A stretch of 64,000 nucleotides of DNA from Deltaproteobacteria bacterium (GTDB taxonomy: Bacteria > Desulfobacterota > Binatia > JACPRU01). The stretch is from contig JACPRU010000078.1 of assembly GCA_016189835.1 (NCBI GenBank), forward strand, positions 8,275 through 72,274, read 5' to 3'. Of this stretch, positions 26,958 to 36,080 are shown one piece after another. Position numbers and translations under genes: made by a program. Below the pieces are notes generated by a model, which did not search any database, had not been told where the DNA came from, and saw nothing but the letters and a program-made list of their open reading frames with translations. Positions within the stretch are counted from its first letter, which is position 1. Every line of letters begins with the position of its first letter.

Positions 26958-29704
26958 CGCGCGGCTCCAGCGGTGAGGCGCGCAGCGCGCCGGCGTACGA
27001 CGAGCTTGCGCAACTCCTCCACCCAGAGGACCAGGCTGCCGACGATACCCAGCGCGGCCACCTCCTCGAGACTGAAGCGAACCGTGTGAAAGACGCCGGC
27101 CAGGGGCGCCCAGAAGACGACGGCCACCTGGAGGAGATTGCCGATCACGAGTCCCCCGAGCAGCCAACGGTTTCCGAGCAGACCCAGCGTGAGGGCGGAT
27201 TTGCGCTCCGAGCGACAGTTGAGGACGTTGAACCACTCGCAGATGGCGAGCAGCGTGAACGTCTCGGTTCGGACCTGGGCCTCGGGGACGCCCTCGGCGA
27301 TTCGCGCGATGAACCACCCGAGAGTGGAAGCGACGATGGCCGGTACCATGAATCCCATCCGCGTGAGCAGGATTCGCGTGAGCAGGGGCTCGTCGGGCGC
27401 GATCGGCCTTTGCCGCATCTCGTCCCCCTCCGGCGGCTCCATGACCAGGTTGACGGTGATGACGCCCTCGGTCACGAGGTTGTTCCAGAGGATTTGCACG
27501 GCCGCGAACGGCGGCGGGTAGCCGAGCAGCATCGCGAGCACGAGGACGAGAACCTCGGCCGCCGAGGTGGAGAAGAGAAACAAGACGGTCTTCTTGATGT
27601 TCCGATAGACGACGCGGCCCTCTTCGACGGCCGCGACGATGGTCGCGAAGTTGTCGTCGGCGATGACGATCTTGGCCGCCTCCTTCGCCACCTCGGTGCC
27701 CGTGACTCCCATCGCGACGCCGACGTCGGCCTGGACGAGCGCCGGGGCGTCGTTGACGCCGTCGCCGGTCATCGCCACGACTTCGTCCCGTCTCTGGTAG
27801 GCGTCGACGATACGGAGCTTCTGCGCCGGGTGGACGCGCGCGAAGACCGAGATGTCCTCGATGCGCTCGGCCAGCTCGGCGTCGGACATCCGTTCGAGCT
27901 CGCGCCCATCCACCGTCACGTCGCCGTCCCGAGCGATGTCGAGAGCTTTGGCGATGGCATGGCCGGTCACCTTGTGGTCACCGGTCACCAGGACCGGCTT
28001 GATGCCTGCGGCGCGGCAGCGTTCGACCGCATCCTTCGCTTCCGGGCGCGGTGGGTCGATCTGTCCGACCAGGCCGAGCAGCGTGGCCCGGCCACGGAAG
28101 GCCGCGAAGCCGGCTCGGCCGTCGATCTCGGCGCCGTCGACGACGGCTACCGCGAGCACGCGCAGGGCTCCGGCCGCCAGGCGCTCGGCGGCCGCGTGCA
28201 TCGCGGGGCGGGCGTCCTCATCCAGCGGCTCGTCCGCTCCGTTGCGGCGGACCGCGCGGCACAGCTCCAGCACCGCCTCGGGCGCCCCTTTAAGGACGAC
28301 GCGCGTACCTTGCGGGGTCTCGTGCTGCGTGGCCATCATCTTCGCGGCGGGGTCGAACGGGATCTCCGCCCGGCGCGGATAGCGGACGCGAAGCTCCTCG
28401 GGGACGACGCCTCCCTTGATGGCGAGGGTGAGGAGCGCCACCTCCGTGGGGTCACCGATGGGCTTCCACCGCGGCTCCACCTGCTCGGGCCCCTGCAGTC
28501 GGGCGTCGTTGCACAAGGCCCCCGCTTCGAGCAGCACGCGCAGCTCCTCGTCGCCGGCCGGGTCCGCCTCGCGAACGCCGTCGAGGAATCTCCCGAGCGG
28601 CTCGTAGCCGGCGCCCGTGACCGACAGCTCTCGACCGTCCGGCAGGTAGACCGCCGTCACGGTCATCTCGTTTCTCGTCAGCGTGCCCGTCTTGTCGCTG
28701 CAGATGACCGTGGTCGAGCCCAACGTCTCGACGGCGGCCAGACGACGGACCACGGCGTTGCGGCGAGCCATGCGCTGCACGCCGACGGCGAGCGCGATGG
28801 TCATCGCCACGGGCAGTCCCTCCGGAATCATCCCGACGAGCTGGCTGATGCCGACCATGAGGATCTCGCCGAGCGGCACGCCGCGCAGCAGCCCGATGGC
28901 GTTGACGAGGAGGAACATCCCCGCGGCCGCGAAGATGATCCACCGGCCGAACTGCGCGATGCGGCGCTCGAGCGGCGTTTTCGGCTCCGTCGCCGCCTCG
29001 GCCAGCGCGGCGATGTGACCGATCTCCGTGGCCAGGCCCGTGGCCACCACCACGGCGCGTGCCCGCCCCGCGGTGACGTGGGTGCCCGCGTAGACCATGT
29101 TTCGCCGGTCCGCGAGCGGCGTGTCCGGAGCAAGCGGCAGCAGGTGCTTGCCGACCGGGACCGACTCACCCGTCAGCGCGGCCTCTGCGATCTGCAGCGC
29201 GGCGCCATCGAGGAGCCGCGCGTCCGCGGCGATAGCGTCACCGGCCTCGAGGAGCAGCACGTCTCCCGGAACGACCTCGCCCGCCGCGACGATGCGCTGC
29301 CGGCCCCCCCGAACCAGGCGGGCCTTGTGCGTCGCGAGCTTGCGCAAGGCCTCCAGCGCCCGCTCGGCCCGCCCCTCCTGGAACGCCCCGATCAGCGCGT
29401 TGAGGAGGACGACGATGAAGATGACCGCTGCGTCGCTCGCGTGGCCGAGCGCGACCGCGATGACCGCGGCGACCAGCAGAAGGTAGATGAGAGGGCTCTT
29501 GAACTGGCCCAGGAAGACCGACGACAAAGAGCGCCGCTCGGGTTCCGGGAGCGCGTTGCGGCCGAAGCGCTCGAGCCGACGGCGGCTCTCCTCGGGCGAG
29601 AGTCCGGATGCCGCGTCCGATTCGACGGCTGCCAGGGCTTCCGCGGCGTGCAGCGCGTGCCAGTGGCGGTGCTCGTTCCGCTCGGGCGGAGGGCGGGTGC
29701 TCAC
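26954..29704 (-). CDS. P-type cation-transporting ATPase, type II (Ca2+-ATPase-like)
   Basis: 916 aa. DKTGTLT phosphorylation site, TGDHKVTG, MTGDGVNDAPAL, and PEGLP in TM4. GTG start follows CTGGAGG. Confidence 0.85.
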   Translation of the reverse strand: MSTRPPPERNEHRHWHALHAAEALAAVESDAASGLSPEESRRRLERFGRNALPEPERRSLSSVFLGQFKSPLIYLLLVAAVIAVALGHASDAAVIFIVVLLNALIGAFQEGRAERALEALRKLATHKARLVRGGRQRIVAAGEVVPGDVLLLEAGDAIAADARLLDGAALQIAEAALTGESVPVGKHLLPLAPDTPLADRRNMVYAGTHVTAGRARAVVVATGLATEIGHIAALAEAATEPKTPLERRIAQFGRWIIFAAAGMFLLVNAIGLLRGVPLGEILMVGISQLVGMIPEGLPVAMTIALAVGVQRMARRNAVVRRLAAVETLGSTTVICSDKTGTLTRNEMTVTAVYLPDGRELSVTGAGYEPLGRFLDGVREADPAGDEELRVLLEAGALCNDARLQGPEQVEPRWKPIGDPTEVALLTLAIKGGVVPEELRVRYPRRAEIPFDPAAKMMATQHETPQGTRVVLKGAPEAVLELCRAVRRNGADEPLDEDARPAMHAAAERLAAGALRVLAVAVVDGAEIDGRAGFAAFRGRATLLGLVGQIDPPRPEAKDAVERCRAAGIKPVLVTGDHKVTGHAIAKALDIARDGDVTVDGRELERMSDAELAERIEDISVFARVHPAQKLRIVDAYQRRDEVVAMTGDGVNDAPALVQADVGVAMGVTGTEVAKEAAKIVIADDNFATIVAAVEEGRVVYRNIKKTVLFLFSTSAAEVLVLVLAMLLGYPPPFAAVQILWNNLVTEGVITVNLVMEPPEGDEMRQRPIAPDEPLLTRILLTRMGFMVPAIVASTLGWFIARIAEGVPEAQVRTETFTLLAICEWFNVLNCRSERKSALTLGLLGNRWLLGGLVIGNLLQVAVVFWAPLAGVFHTVRFSLEEVAALGIVGSLVLWVEELRKLVVRRRAARLTAGAAR

Positions 29705-29859
29705 CTCGGTTGCCTCCAGGTAGTGCGCCCAGGATGCGGCAAGGCAGCTCGTCGTAGGGACGCAGCCGGCGTCGAAGCGCCGCGGGCCCGCCCCTGGAAG
29801 TCTGCTACGCCCGCTCGTAGCTCCTACCGAGCGTGGATTCCATTAAACGGAAGTTCCCA

Positions 29860-30306
29860 TTAGATCGGGTAGAAGGACAGCGCGCGGCGCTGCGCGGAGG
29901 CGCGAAGCTCGGCGCCGACCGCCTTGCGGATGCGCGCCGCCCAATCCTCCACGCGCTCCTCGACCAGAGCGTGCAGCTCGATCAGCAGCGCGCGCAGCCG
30001 GCCGTTGGCGGCGTTCAGGTCGCTCACCCGCAGGCTCTCGTCGGTCTCCGCGGCGGCCGCCGCGAGGCGCGCGCGCAGCGTCCCCTCGTCGAGGAGCGGC
30101 GCGGCATCGGCGAAGATAGCGCGCATCGCGCGGTTCTCCTCGACGCGGAGGTGAGCCGCGCGGTCGTATTCCTCGGCCGCGGCCGCCATCAGGGCGGCGA
30201 TCACCTCGACGTTGCTGCGCAGGTAGGCGTCGCCGAGCGCCGGCGCCACCTCGGCGAGCAGCCGCGACGCGCTCGCCCGCAGCACCCAATCGACCTCAGG
30301 AATCAT
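29860..30306 (-). CDS. hypothetical helical protein (148 aa)
   Basis: Unbiased composition. It overlaps the stop of the upstream phosphotransferase gene by 11 nt. No family recognised. Confidence 0.5.
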   Translation of the reverse strand: MIPEVDWVLRASASRLLAEVAPALGDAYLRSNVEVIAALMAAAAEEYDRAAHLRVEENRAMRAIFADAAPLLDEGTLRARLAAAAAETDESLRVSDLNAANGRLRALLIELHALVEERVEDWAARIRKAVGAELRASAQRRALSFYPI

Positions 30307-31339
30307 CGCCGTCCTCCTCCGCGGCCAGCCGCTCGACCAGCACGCGCTCGTGAACGTCGGTCGGGAACCAGCTCGCCAGCGCGAGGATGGGATCGAGGTT
30401 CCGCCCCTCGGCGAACTCGCGTCCCGAAGAGATCCAGATCGCCAGGCCCTTCAGCGACGCGAACGTCTCCCACCATTCGAGCGCGCGGGCGTCGATCGCG
30501 ATGCCGCTCGCCGCGCTCCAGCTCGCCAGCGCACGGTCGCGCGGGATGAGCTTTCCCGGGCGCTCGCGGTCGGGCCAGCTCCAGATCGGATCGAGCGCCC
30601 AGGCCAGGTCTTCGAGCGGATCGCCGAGATGACACATCTCCCAGTCGAGGATCGCGCGGATCTCGCCTTCGGCGTCGAACAGGAAGTTGCCGGTCCGATA
30701 GTCGCCGTGCACGACCGAGAGCCGCCGCGGCGCAGGCGGCGGGCGGCGCCGCAGCCGGCGAATCACCGCGCGGGCGATCGGCTGCGGAACCAGCTCGTCC
30801 TCGTCGATCACCCCTTCCCAGAATTCCAGCTCGCGGCGCCAGCACCCCTCGAGCGGCGGCGCTTCGAGATGCTCGGTCAGCCCGAGCGCGGCCGGATCGG
30901 CGGCGGCGATCTCGCCGAGGATCCGCCACTTCGCCTCGCCGAGCCGCTCGACGTGCCGAGCGTACGGCGGCTCGGCGAGCAGCTTCGCCGACGACACGGC
31001 GCCGACGACCTCCTCCATCACGAAGAACGGCCGATCGAGCCAGCGCGGGTCGGTCTCGAGGACCAGCGGGCGGGGCACCGGCACGCGGGTGCCGTGGAAC
31101 GCCACGTAGGCCCGGTATTCGTTGGCGCGGTCGGTCTCGATCAGGCTCGACTCGGGATCGCGCCGCAGGATCAACCGGCGCTCCGACTGGCCGCGGGGAC
31201 CGCGCACCTGCACCGCCGCTCGGTAGGTCTCGCGCGAAGCGCCGCCGTAGATGCGCTCGAAGGCCGCGACGCGGACCTCGTCCGCCTCGCGCCACTGCCG
31301 CGCGAGATAGGCCGCAAAGCGCTCGCCGAGATCCGCCAT
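30296..31339 (-). CDS. phosphotransferase-family protein (APH/choline-kinase-like fold)
   Basis: 347 aa from ATG 31339. VVHGDYRTGNFLF (Brenner motif HGDxxxxN) and ILDWEMCHLGDPLEDLA (DWE...GD) are present. Confidence 0.75.
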   Translation of the reverse strand: MADLGERFAAYLARQWREADEVRVAAFERIYGGASRETYRAAVQVRGPRGQSERRLILRRDPESSLIETDRANEYRAYVAFHGTRVPVPRPLVLETDPRWLDRPFFVMEEVVGAVSSAKLLAEPPYARHVERLGEAKWRILGEIAAADPAALGLTEHLEAPPLEGCWRRELEFWEGVIDEDELVPQPIARAVIRRLRRRPPPAPRRLSVVHGDYRTGNFLFDAEGEIRAILDWEMCHLGDPLEDLAWALDPIWSWPDRERPGKLIPRDRALASWSAASGIAIDARALEWWETFASLKGLAIWISSGREFAEGRNLDPILALASWFPTDVHERVLVERLAAEEDGDDS

Positions 31340-31377
31340 CCGCTCCGGGCCCGCCGCCCCCTCGCTCCGTCCGGGCC

Positions 31378-32475
31378 TCAGTCGCCGGCCAGCTCGCGGA
31401 AGCCGGACGGCCGGTGCGGGCCGAGCACGAGCTGCTCGAGCACGCCGACGCCGGCGCGCGTGCGCCCCGCCTCGGTGAAGCGCGCGCGGCAAAAGGCCTG
31501 CACGTGCAGGTGGAGCGGCAGGCGCTCGTCGAGCGCGGCGAGGTCGTAGACGTCGTAGCCCGCGCGGTCCTCGCCGCCGTACGCGCCGTGCGCCCACTCC
31601 GGATTGAAGTAGCCGAGGCCGGCCATGTAGAACTGGAACTGCGGCTCGAGCGCGATTTCGATCGTGCCGCCGCCGCGGCGGCGTAGCTCGAGCACCGCGC
31701 CCTTGGCGTGGCGCGTCCCGGGCTTGAACTCGACCCGAGACGCCGCCGAGGCCATGGCCTCGGGCTCGCCGTCGCCGAGCGGGGCGAGAAATGCGGCCTC
31801 GTGCCAGGGCTCGCCCGCCGCGTCCTGGTTCACGTCGTAGAGAAAGACCGCGTCGTCGAAGTTGAGCGGCGCCCACAGCCAGTAGAACTGCGGCGGGCTC
31901 GCCGGCGCGTGCGGCTGCGCGTCCGGAGCGCCCACCGATCGCACGCCCCACGAGCGGTCGCGGGTGCCGAGCACCCGCTCGGGACGAACCTCGATCCGGC
32001 GGCCGCCGACCTCCAGCCAGCCTTCGTAGGCGCCGTTCTGCGTCATGCGGGTCAGGTCCATGAACGTGCGCGGGCCGATGCGCCGGGTGTAGCGCGGCTC
32101 CTCGATCGGCCGCGCGCGGGCGACGAACAGCAGCTCGGCGCGGATCCCGTGGGCGCGGTCGTCGACGCGCAGGCGCAGCCGCCGCAGCGGCTCGACGACC
32201 TCGACGGCGATCGGCCCGACGCGGGTGTGCATGCGCTCCATCCGCAGGCAGCGCGACGCGTGAACGTTGTGCTGGCGCCGCTCGTCGATCACCGAGAACG
32301 AGGCGTCGATCACGTTCAGGTGCGGATAGACCCCGAGCGCGGCGGCGAAGAACGTCTCGCCGTCGCGGCCGTAGCCATTGAAGAAGTAGCGGTCGTAGAA
32401 GTTGCGGTCGGTCCCCGCGTAGGCGATCGGCTCGGGGGTCTGATGGATCGGGTAGTCGTCGGCCTCGGTGATCAT
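31378..32475 (-). CDS. conserved hypothetical protein (365 aa)
   Basis: Unbiased composition (DYPIHQTPEPIAYAGTDRNFYDRYFFNGYGRDGETFF...). No family confidently recognised. Confidence 0.6.
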   Translation of the reverse strand: MITEADDYPIHQTPEPIAYAGTDRNFYDRYFFNGYGRDGETFFAAALGVYPHLNVIDASFSVIDERRQHNVHASRCLRMERMHTRVGPIAVEVVEPLRRLRLRVDDRAHGIRAELLFVARARPIEEPRYTRRIGPRTFMDLTRMTQNGAYEGWLEVGGRRIEVRPERVLGTRDRSWGVRSVGAPDAQPHAPASPPQFYWLWAPLNFDDAVFLYDVNQDAAGEPWHEAAFLAPLGDGEPEAMASAASRVEFKPGTRHAKGAVLELRRRGGGTIEIALEPQFQFYMAGLGYFNPEWAHGAYGGEDRAGYDVYDLAALDERLPLHLHVQAFCRARFTEAGRTRAGVGVLEQLVLGPHRPSGFRELAGD

Positions 32476-32489
32476 CGCTGCGTTCGCCT

Positions 32490-32677
32490 CTCAGCGCGGC
32501 ACAGCCGCAACCGAACGGTGGTCGCGTACTGAGGCCTCGTATCCCATATCTTCGTGCAAAACAGCGAAGTCGCGTCCTAGCAGCTCAGCGCGACACAGCC
32601 GCAACCGGGAACGGCGGCCGCGTACGGAAACCTCGCATCTCATGTCTTCGTGCAAGACGGCGAAGTCGGCCCCGGCG
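32490..32677. repeat. tandem duplication of a ~94-bp non-coding unit
   Basis: Unit 1 spans 32490-32583 and unit 2 spans 32584-~32677. Both begin CTCAGCGCG(G/A)CACAGCCGCAACC and share the ...CGCGTAC... and TCTTCGTGCAA(A/G)AC(A/G)GCGAAGTCG blocks. Identity is roughly 80-85% over ~80 nt by eye, with a 2-nt indel. Confidence 0.8.
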
Positions 32678-32679
32678 GA

Positions 32680-33768
32680 TCAATACACGATCACGCTGCG
32701 CGCCACCTCGCCCTTCTCCATGGCCGCGAACGCGTCGTTCACCGCCTCGAGCGGGATGCGGCGCGAGATCAGCTCGTCGAGCTTCAGCCGCTTCTGCTGG
32801 TAGAGCTCGAGCAGTCGGGGCATGTCGCGGTGGACGCTCGCCGAGCCGTAGAGCGAGCCGATGATCGATTTCCCCTCGAGCGGGAACGACCAACCCTGGA
32901 AGCCGACCTCCTCGCCCATCCGCGGCACGCCGACGATCACCGCCTTGCCGCCGCGCTTGAGCGTGGCGAAAGCCTGCTGGATTACGGCCGGGACGCCGAT
33001 CACCTCGAAGGCGTAGTCGACCCCCCGCCCGCCGGTCAGGCTCTTCACGGCGTCGACCGCGTCGGTCTCCTTGCCGTTCACCAGGTCGGTGGCGCCGAAC
33101 TCGCGGGCGAGCTCGAGCTTCGCGTCGGCGAGATCGACGGCGATGATCCGGGACGCGCCGCACAGCGCCGCGCCCTGGACGACGTTGAGGCCGACGCCGC
33201 CGCAGCCGAACACGGCCACCGTCTCGCCGGGCCGCACCTTCGCCGTGTTGACCGCGGCCCCTACCCCGGTCATCACGGCGCAGCCGACCAGGCAGGCGCG
33301 GTCGAGGGGAATCTCCTCGGCGATCTTCACGCAAGCCGTGGCGCGCACGATCGTGCGCTCGGCGAACGACGCGACGCCGGCCATGCGGGCGATGTCCACG
33401 CCGTCCTTCTCGAACACCGCCTCCTTTCCGGCCATGGCGTTCCGGACGCCGGTGTCGCAGAGATGGCTGTCGCCCGCAGTGCAGTAGAGGCAGCGGCCGC
33501 AGTTCTCGACCCAGGACATCACGACGTGGTCGCCGGGCCGGACGTTCTGCACGGCGCTCCCCACCTCCTCGACGATCCCCGCCCCCTCGTGCCCGAGCAC
33601 CAGCGGCGGGGGAATCGGCAGCACCATCTTCACGACGGAGAGATCCGAGTGACACACCCCGCTCGCCACCACCTTCACGACCACCTCGTCCTCGCGGGGC
33701 GCCTTGAGCTTCACGGAGTCGATTCTCAACGGCTCGTTGAATCCCCACATCACGGCGGCCTTGACCAT
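32680..33768 (-). CDS. zinc-dependent alcohol dehydrogenase (class III / formaldehyde-DH-like MDR)
   Basis: GVCHSDL, GHEGAGIVEEVG, CGRCLYCTAGDSHLC (structural zinc) and GCGGVGL (NAD-binding) are present. ATG 33768 lies 5 nt after GGAGG and is preferred over ATG 33780. Confidence 0.85.
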   Translation of the reverse strand: MVKAAVMWGFNEPLRIDSVKLKAPREDEVVVKVVASGVCHSDLSVVKMVLPIPPPLVLGHEGAGIVEEVGSAVQNVRPGDHVVMSWVENCGRCLYCTAGDSHLCDTGVRNAMAGKEAVFEKDGVDIARMAGVASFAERTIVRATACVKIAEEIPLDRACLVGCAVMTGVGAAVNTAKVRPGETVAVFGCGGVGLNVVQGAALCGASRIIAVDLADAKLELAREFGATDLVNGKETDAVDAVKSLTGGRGVDYAFEVIGVPAVIQQAFATLKRGGKAVIVGVPRMGEEVGFQGWSFPLEGKSIIGSLYGSASVHRDMPRLLELYQQKRLKLDELISRRIPLEAVNDAFAAMEKGEVARSVIVY

Positions 33769-33890
33769 TCGTGCCTCCATTCGCTAGCGACGAGCCACCT
33801 TCGCGCCGCAGCCCGTGGAATCGGTTTCGTATGCCGAACGCGCGGAACAGGCAACCGGAAAATCGCCGGCGTCCACCGAAGGCCTGGACG

Positions 33891-34352
33891 ATGTCCGCAC
33901 CCCGCCACCTGTCGCCGAGCTCGGCGGCGATCCTGCGCGCCGTGATCGCCGCGATCCGCCCGCGCGGCCACGGTTTCGATCAGCCGATCGACGAGGACGT
34001 GCTGCTCGAGGTCGATCGCTGCCTGCCCTGCCTGCCCGCGCTCGCGCGCGCCGCTCTGCCGCTCGGGCTGCGCTTGCTCGAGTGGGGGCCCGCGCCGTTC
34101 TTCCGGCGGTTCACCCGCCTCAGCGCCATGCCCCGCGACGAAGCCCGCGCCTACCTTCAGGGCTGGCTCGACAGCCGCCTCGCGCTCCGCCGTCTGCTCG
34201 TCCACGGCCTGCGCGCGCTGGTGTTCCTCGCCTTCTATCAGCACCCGTCGGTGCTGCGGGCGATGGGCGTCGGCTGGGACCGCCGCCTGGCCGAGACCGT
34301 CCGGCTGCGCGCCGACACTCTCGATCGCGAGAAGTATGGCTATCCCCGCTGA
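33891..34352 (+). CDS. small accessory protein upstream of the GMC oxidoreductase (gluconate-2-dehydrogenase subunit-3-like?)
   Basis: 153 aa from ATG 33891. It overlaps the GMC gene start by 17 nt. The family call rests on context and weak resemblance. Confidence 0.45.
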   Translation: MSAPRHLSPSSAAILRAVIAAIRPRGHGFDQPIDEDVLLEVDRCLPCLPALARAALPLGLRLLEWGPAPFFRRFTRLSAMPRDEARAYLQGWLDSRLALRRLLVHGLRALVFLAFYQHPSVLRAMGVGWDRRLAETVRLRADTLDREKYGYPR

Positions 34353-35937
34353 GCTGCCCGCCGAGGTTTCCGCCCGCATCCCCGAGCGCGGCCTCGCCTA
34401 CCCGAACTGCGAGTCGGGGCGCGGCGCCCGGCGCGGCGCCGCGCTGGCCGCCGACGTGCTGGTGGTCGGCAGCGGCGCCGGCGGCGCCGTCGCCGCCTGC
34501 CTGCTCGCCGAGGCGGGCCTCGACGTGCTGATGCTCGAGGAGGGAAGCCTGCACCGCACCGAGAGCTTCTCGACCGACGTGCTGGCGATGATGCGGGCGC
34601 TCTATCGCGACCTCGGCGGCTCGATGATCCTCGGCCGCCCGCCGATCGTCTTCGCCGAGGGACGCTGCGTCGGCGGCTCCACGGTGATCAACGGCGGGAT
34701 GTACTGGCGCACGCCGCCGCGCATCCTCGAGCGCTGGGAGCGCGAGGACGGGCTTCCCGAGATCGGCCCGCGGGCGATGGAGACCGCGTTCGCCGAGGTC
34801 GAGCGCGAGGCCAATCCCGAGACCCAGGCCGACGACACGCTCGGCGTGCACCACCGGCTGTTCGCCGATGCCGCGCGCGCGCTCGGCTGGCATCCGCGCG
34901 AGAACCTGCGCAACATGCGCCGCTGCGCCGGCCTGAACAACTGCGCGTTCGGCTGCCCCACCGGCGCCAAGCAGAGCACGCTCGTCACCTGGGTGCCGCG
35001 GGCGCTGCGCGCCGGCGCGCGCCTCTCCGCCGACGCGTACGTCGACCGCGTGCTGTTCGAGGGCGGCCGCGCGGTCGGCGTGCGCGGCCGCTACCTCGGC
35101 GCGGACGGCCGGCCGAGCGACCGATTCAGCGCGCACGCGCCGATGGTCGTGCTGGCGGCGGGCGCCCGGCACACCGCGGGGATCCTCAAGCGCAGCCGGC
35201 TCCGCGCCCGGCCGATCGGCCGCCACCTGACGGTCCATCCCAACGCCAAGGTGGTCGGCATCTTCGACCAGACGATCCGTCCCTGGTGGGGAGCCCACCA
35301 AGCGCACCAGATCCACGACTTTCTCGACGACGGCATCCTGATCGGCTACGCGGTGCCGCCGCCCGGCCTGCTGGCGGCGGCACTGCCCGGCCTCGGCGAA
35401 CGCAGCGCGGAGCTGATGGCGCTCTACGACCACATGTTCCCGGTCGGCTGCCTGATCGAGGATACGTCGAGCGGGCGGGTCGTGCTCGGTCTCGATCGCC
35501 AGCCGCAGATGCTCTACTCGCTCTCCCGCCGCGATACCGCCACGGCCCACGAGGGCGTGGCCAAGGTCTGCGAGCTCTTGTTCGCGGCGGGCGCGCGGCG
35601 CTGCCTGCTGCCGTTCGCCGACCTCGCCGAGATCGGCTCGCCCGACGAGATCCGCCGCATCCGCGCGCGGCCGCCCGACCCGCGCGGCCTCGAGCTGATG
35701 ACCGTGCACATCATGGGCAGCGCGCGCATGGCGGCCGATCCGCGGCGCGGGGCCACCGACCCGTTCGGCCGCGTGTTCGACGTCGCCGGCCTGTACGTCG
35801 CCGACGCGAGCCTCTTCCCTTCGCCGATCGGGGTCAATCCGCAGGAGACGATCATGGCGCTGGTGACGCGCAACGCCCGGCGCTGGCTCGAGCGGGACGT
35901 GCCGCGCCTGCGCGCAGCGCGCCGCGACCGCGCGTGA
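34336..35937 (+). CDS. GMC-family FAD oxidoreductase
   Basis: 533 aa. DVLVVGSGAGGAVAACLLAEAGLDVLMLEEG (FAD ADP-binding fold), GGSTVINGG and C-terminal VADASLFPSPIGVNPQ are present. Confidence 0.8.
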   Translation: MAIPAELPAEVSARIPERGLAYPNCESGRGARRGAALAADVLVVGSGAGGAVAACLLAEAGLDVLMLEEGSLHRTESFSTDVLAMMRALYRDLGGSMILGRPPIVFAEGRCVGGSTVINGGMYWRTPPRILERWEREDGLPEIGPRAMETAFAEVEREANPETQADDTLGVHHRLFADAARALGWHPRENLRNMRRCAGLNNCAFGCPTGAKQSTLVTWVPRALRAGARLSADAYVDRVLFEGGRAVGVRGRYLGADGRPSDRFSAHAPMVVLAAGARHTAGILKRSRLRARPIGRHLTVHPNAKVVGIFDQTIRPWWGAHQAHQIHDFLDDGILIGYAVPPPGLLAAALPGLGERSAELMALYDHMFPVGCLIEDTSSGRVVLGLDRQPQMLYSLSRRDTATAHEGVAKVCELLFAAGARRCLLPFADLAEIGSPDEIRRIRARPPDPRGLELMTVHIMGSARMAADPRRGATDPFGRVFDVAGLYVADASLFPSPIGVNPQETIMALVTRNARRWLERDVPRLRAARRDRA

Positions 35938-36080
35938 AGCGACGCTGCGAAGAGATCGCGCCGACGACGGCGTACGAGCGCGACGCACCGCTCGCGCACG
36001 GCGGCGGCCGAGCCGGTTCGCGAAGCGCGGCGGCTCGAAATCGCGCCGGCGAGCCGCTACAATCCGCCGCCGACTCGACC

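Noticed and set aside
29821-29859. Direct repeats TTCCATTA / TTCCCATTA and the palindrome GGAAGTTCC upstream of the P-type ATPase operon
   Set aside because: The motifs are very short and occur once each. The spacing does not match a known regulator class that I can name. The evidence is too weak to call.
26810-29863. 1017-aa plus-strand ORF opposite the P-type ATPase and CaCA genes
   Set aside because: The minus strand carries DKTGTLT, TGDGVNDAPAL and the CaCA alpha-repeats. The plus-frame product is Arg/Asp/Gly-rich with no recognisable domain.
32490-32677. Sigma-54 or sigma-70 promoter inside each 94-bp tandem unit (TTGCACGAAGA block)
   Set aside because: There is no GG-N10-GC arrangement for sigma-54. 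For sigma-70, TTGCAC has no TAnnnT-like hexamer at 16-19 nt in either unit. The repeat is kept only as an unexplained feature.
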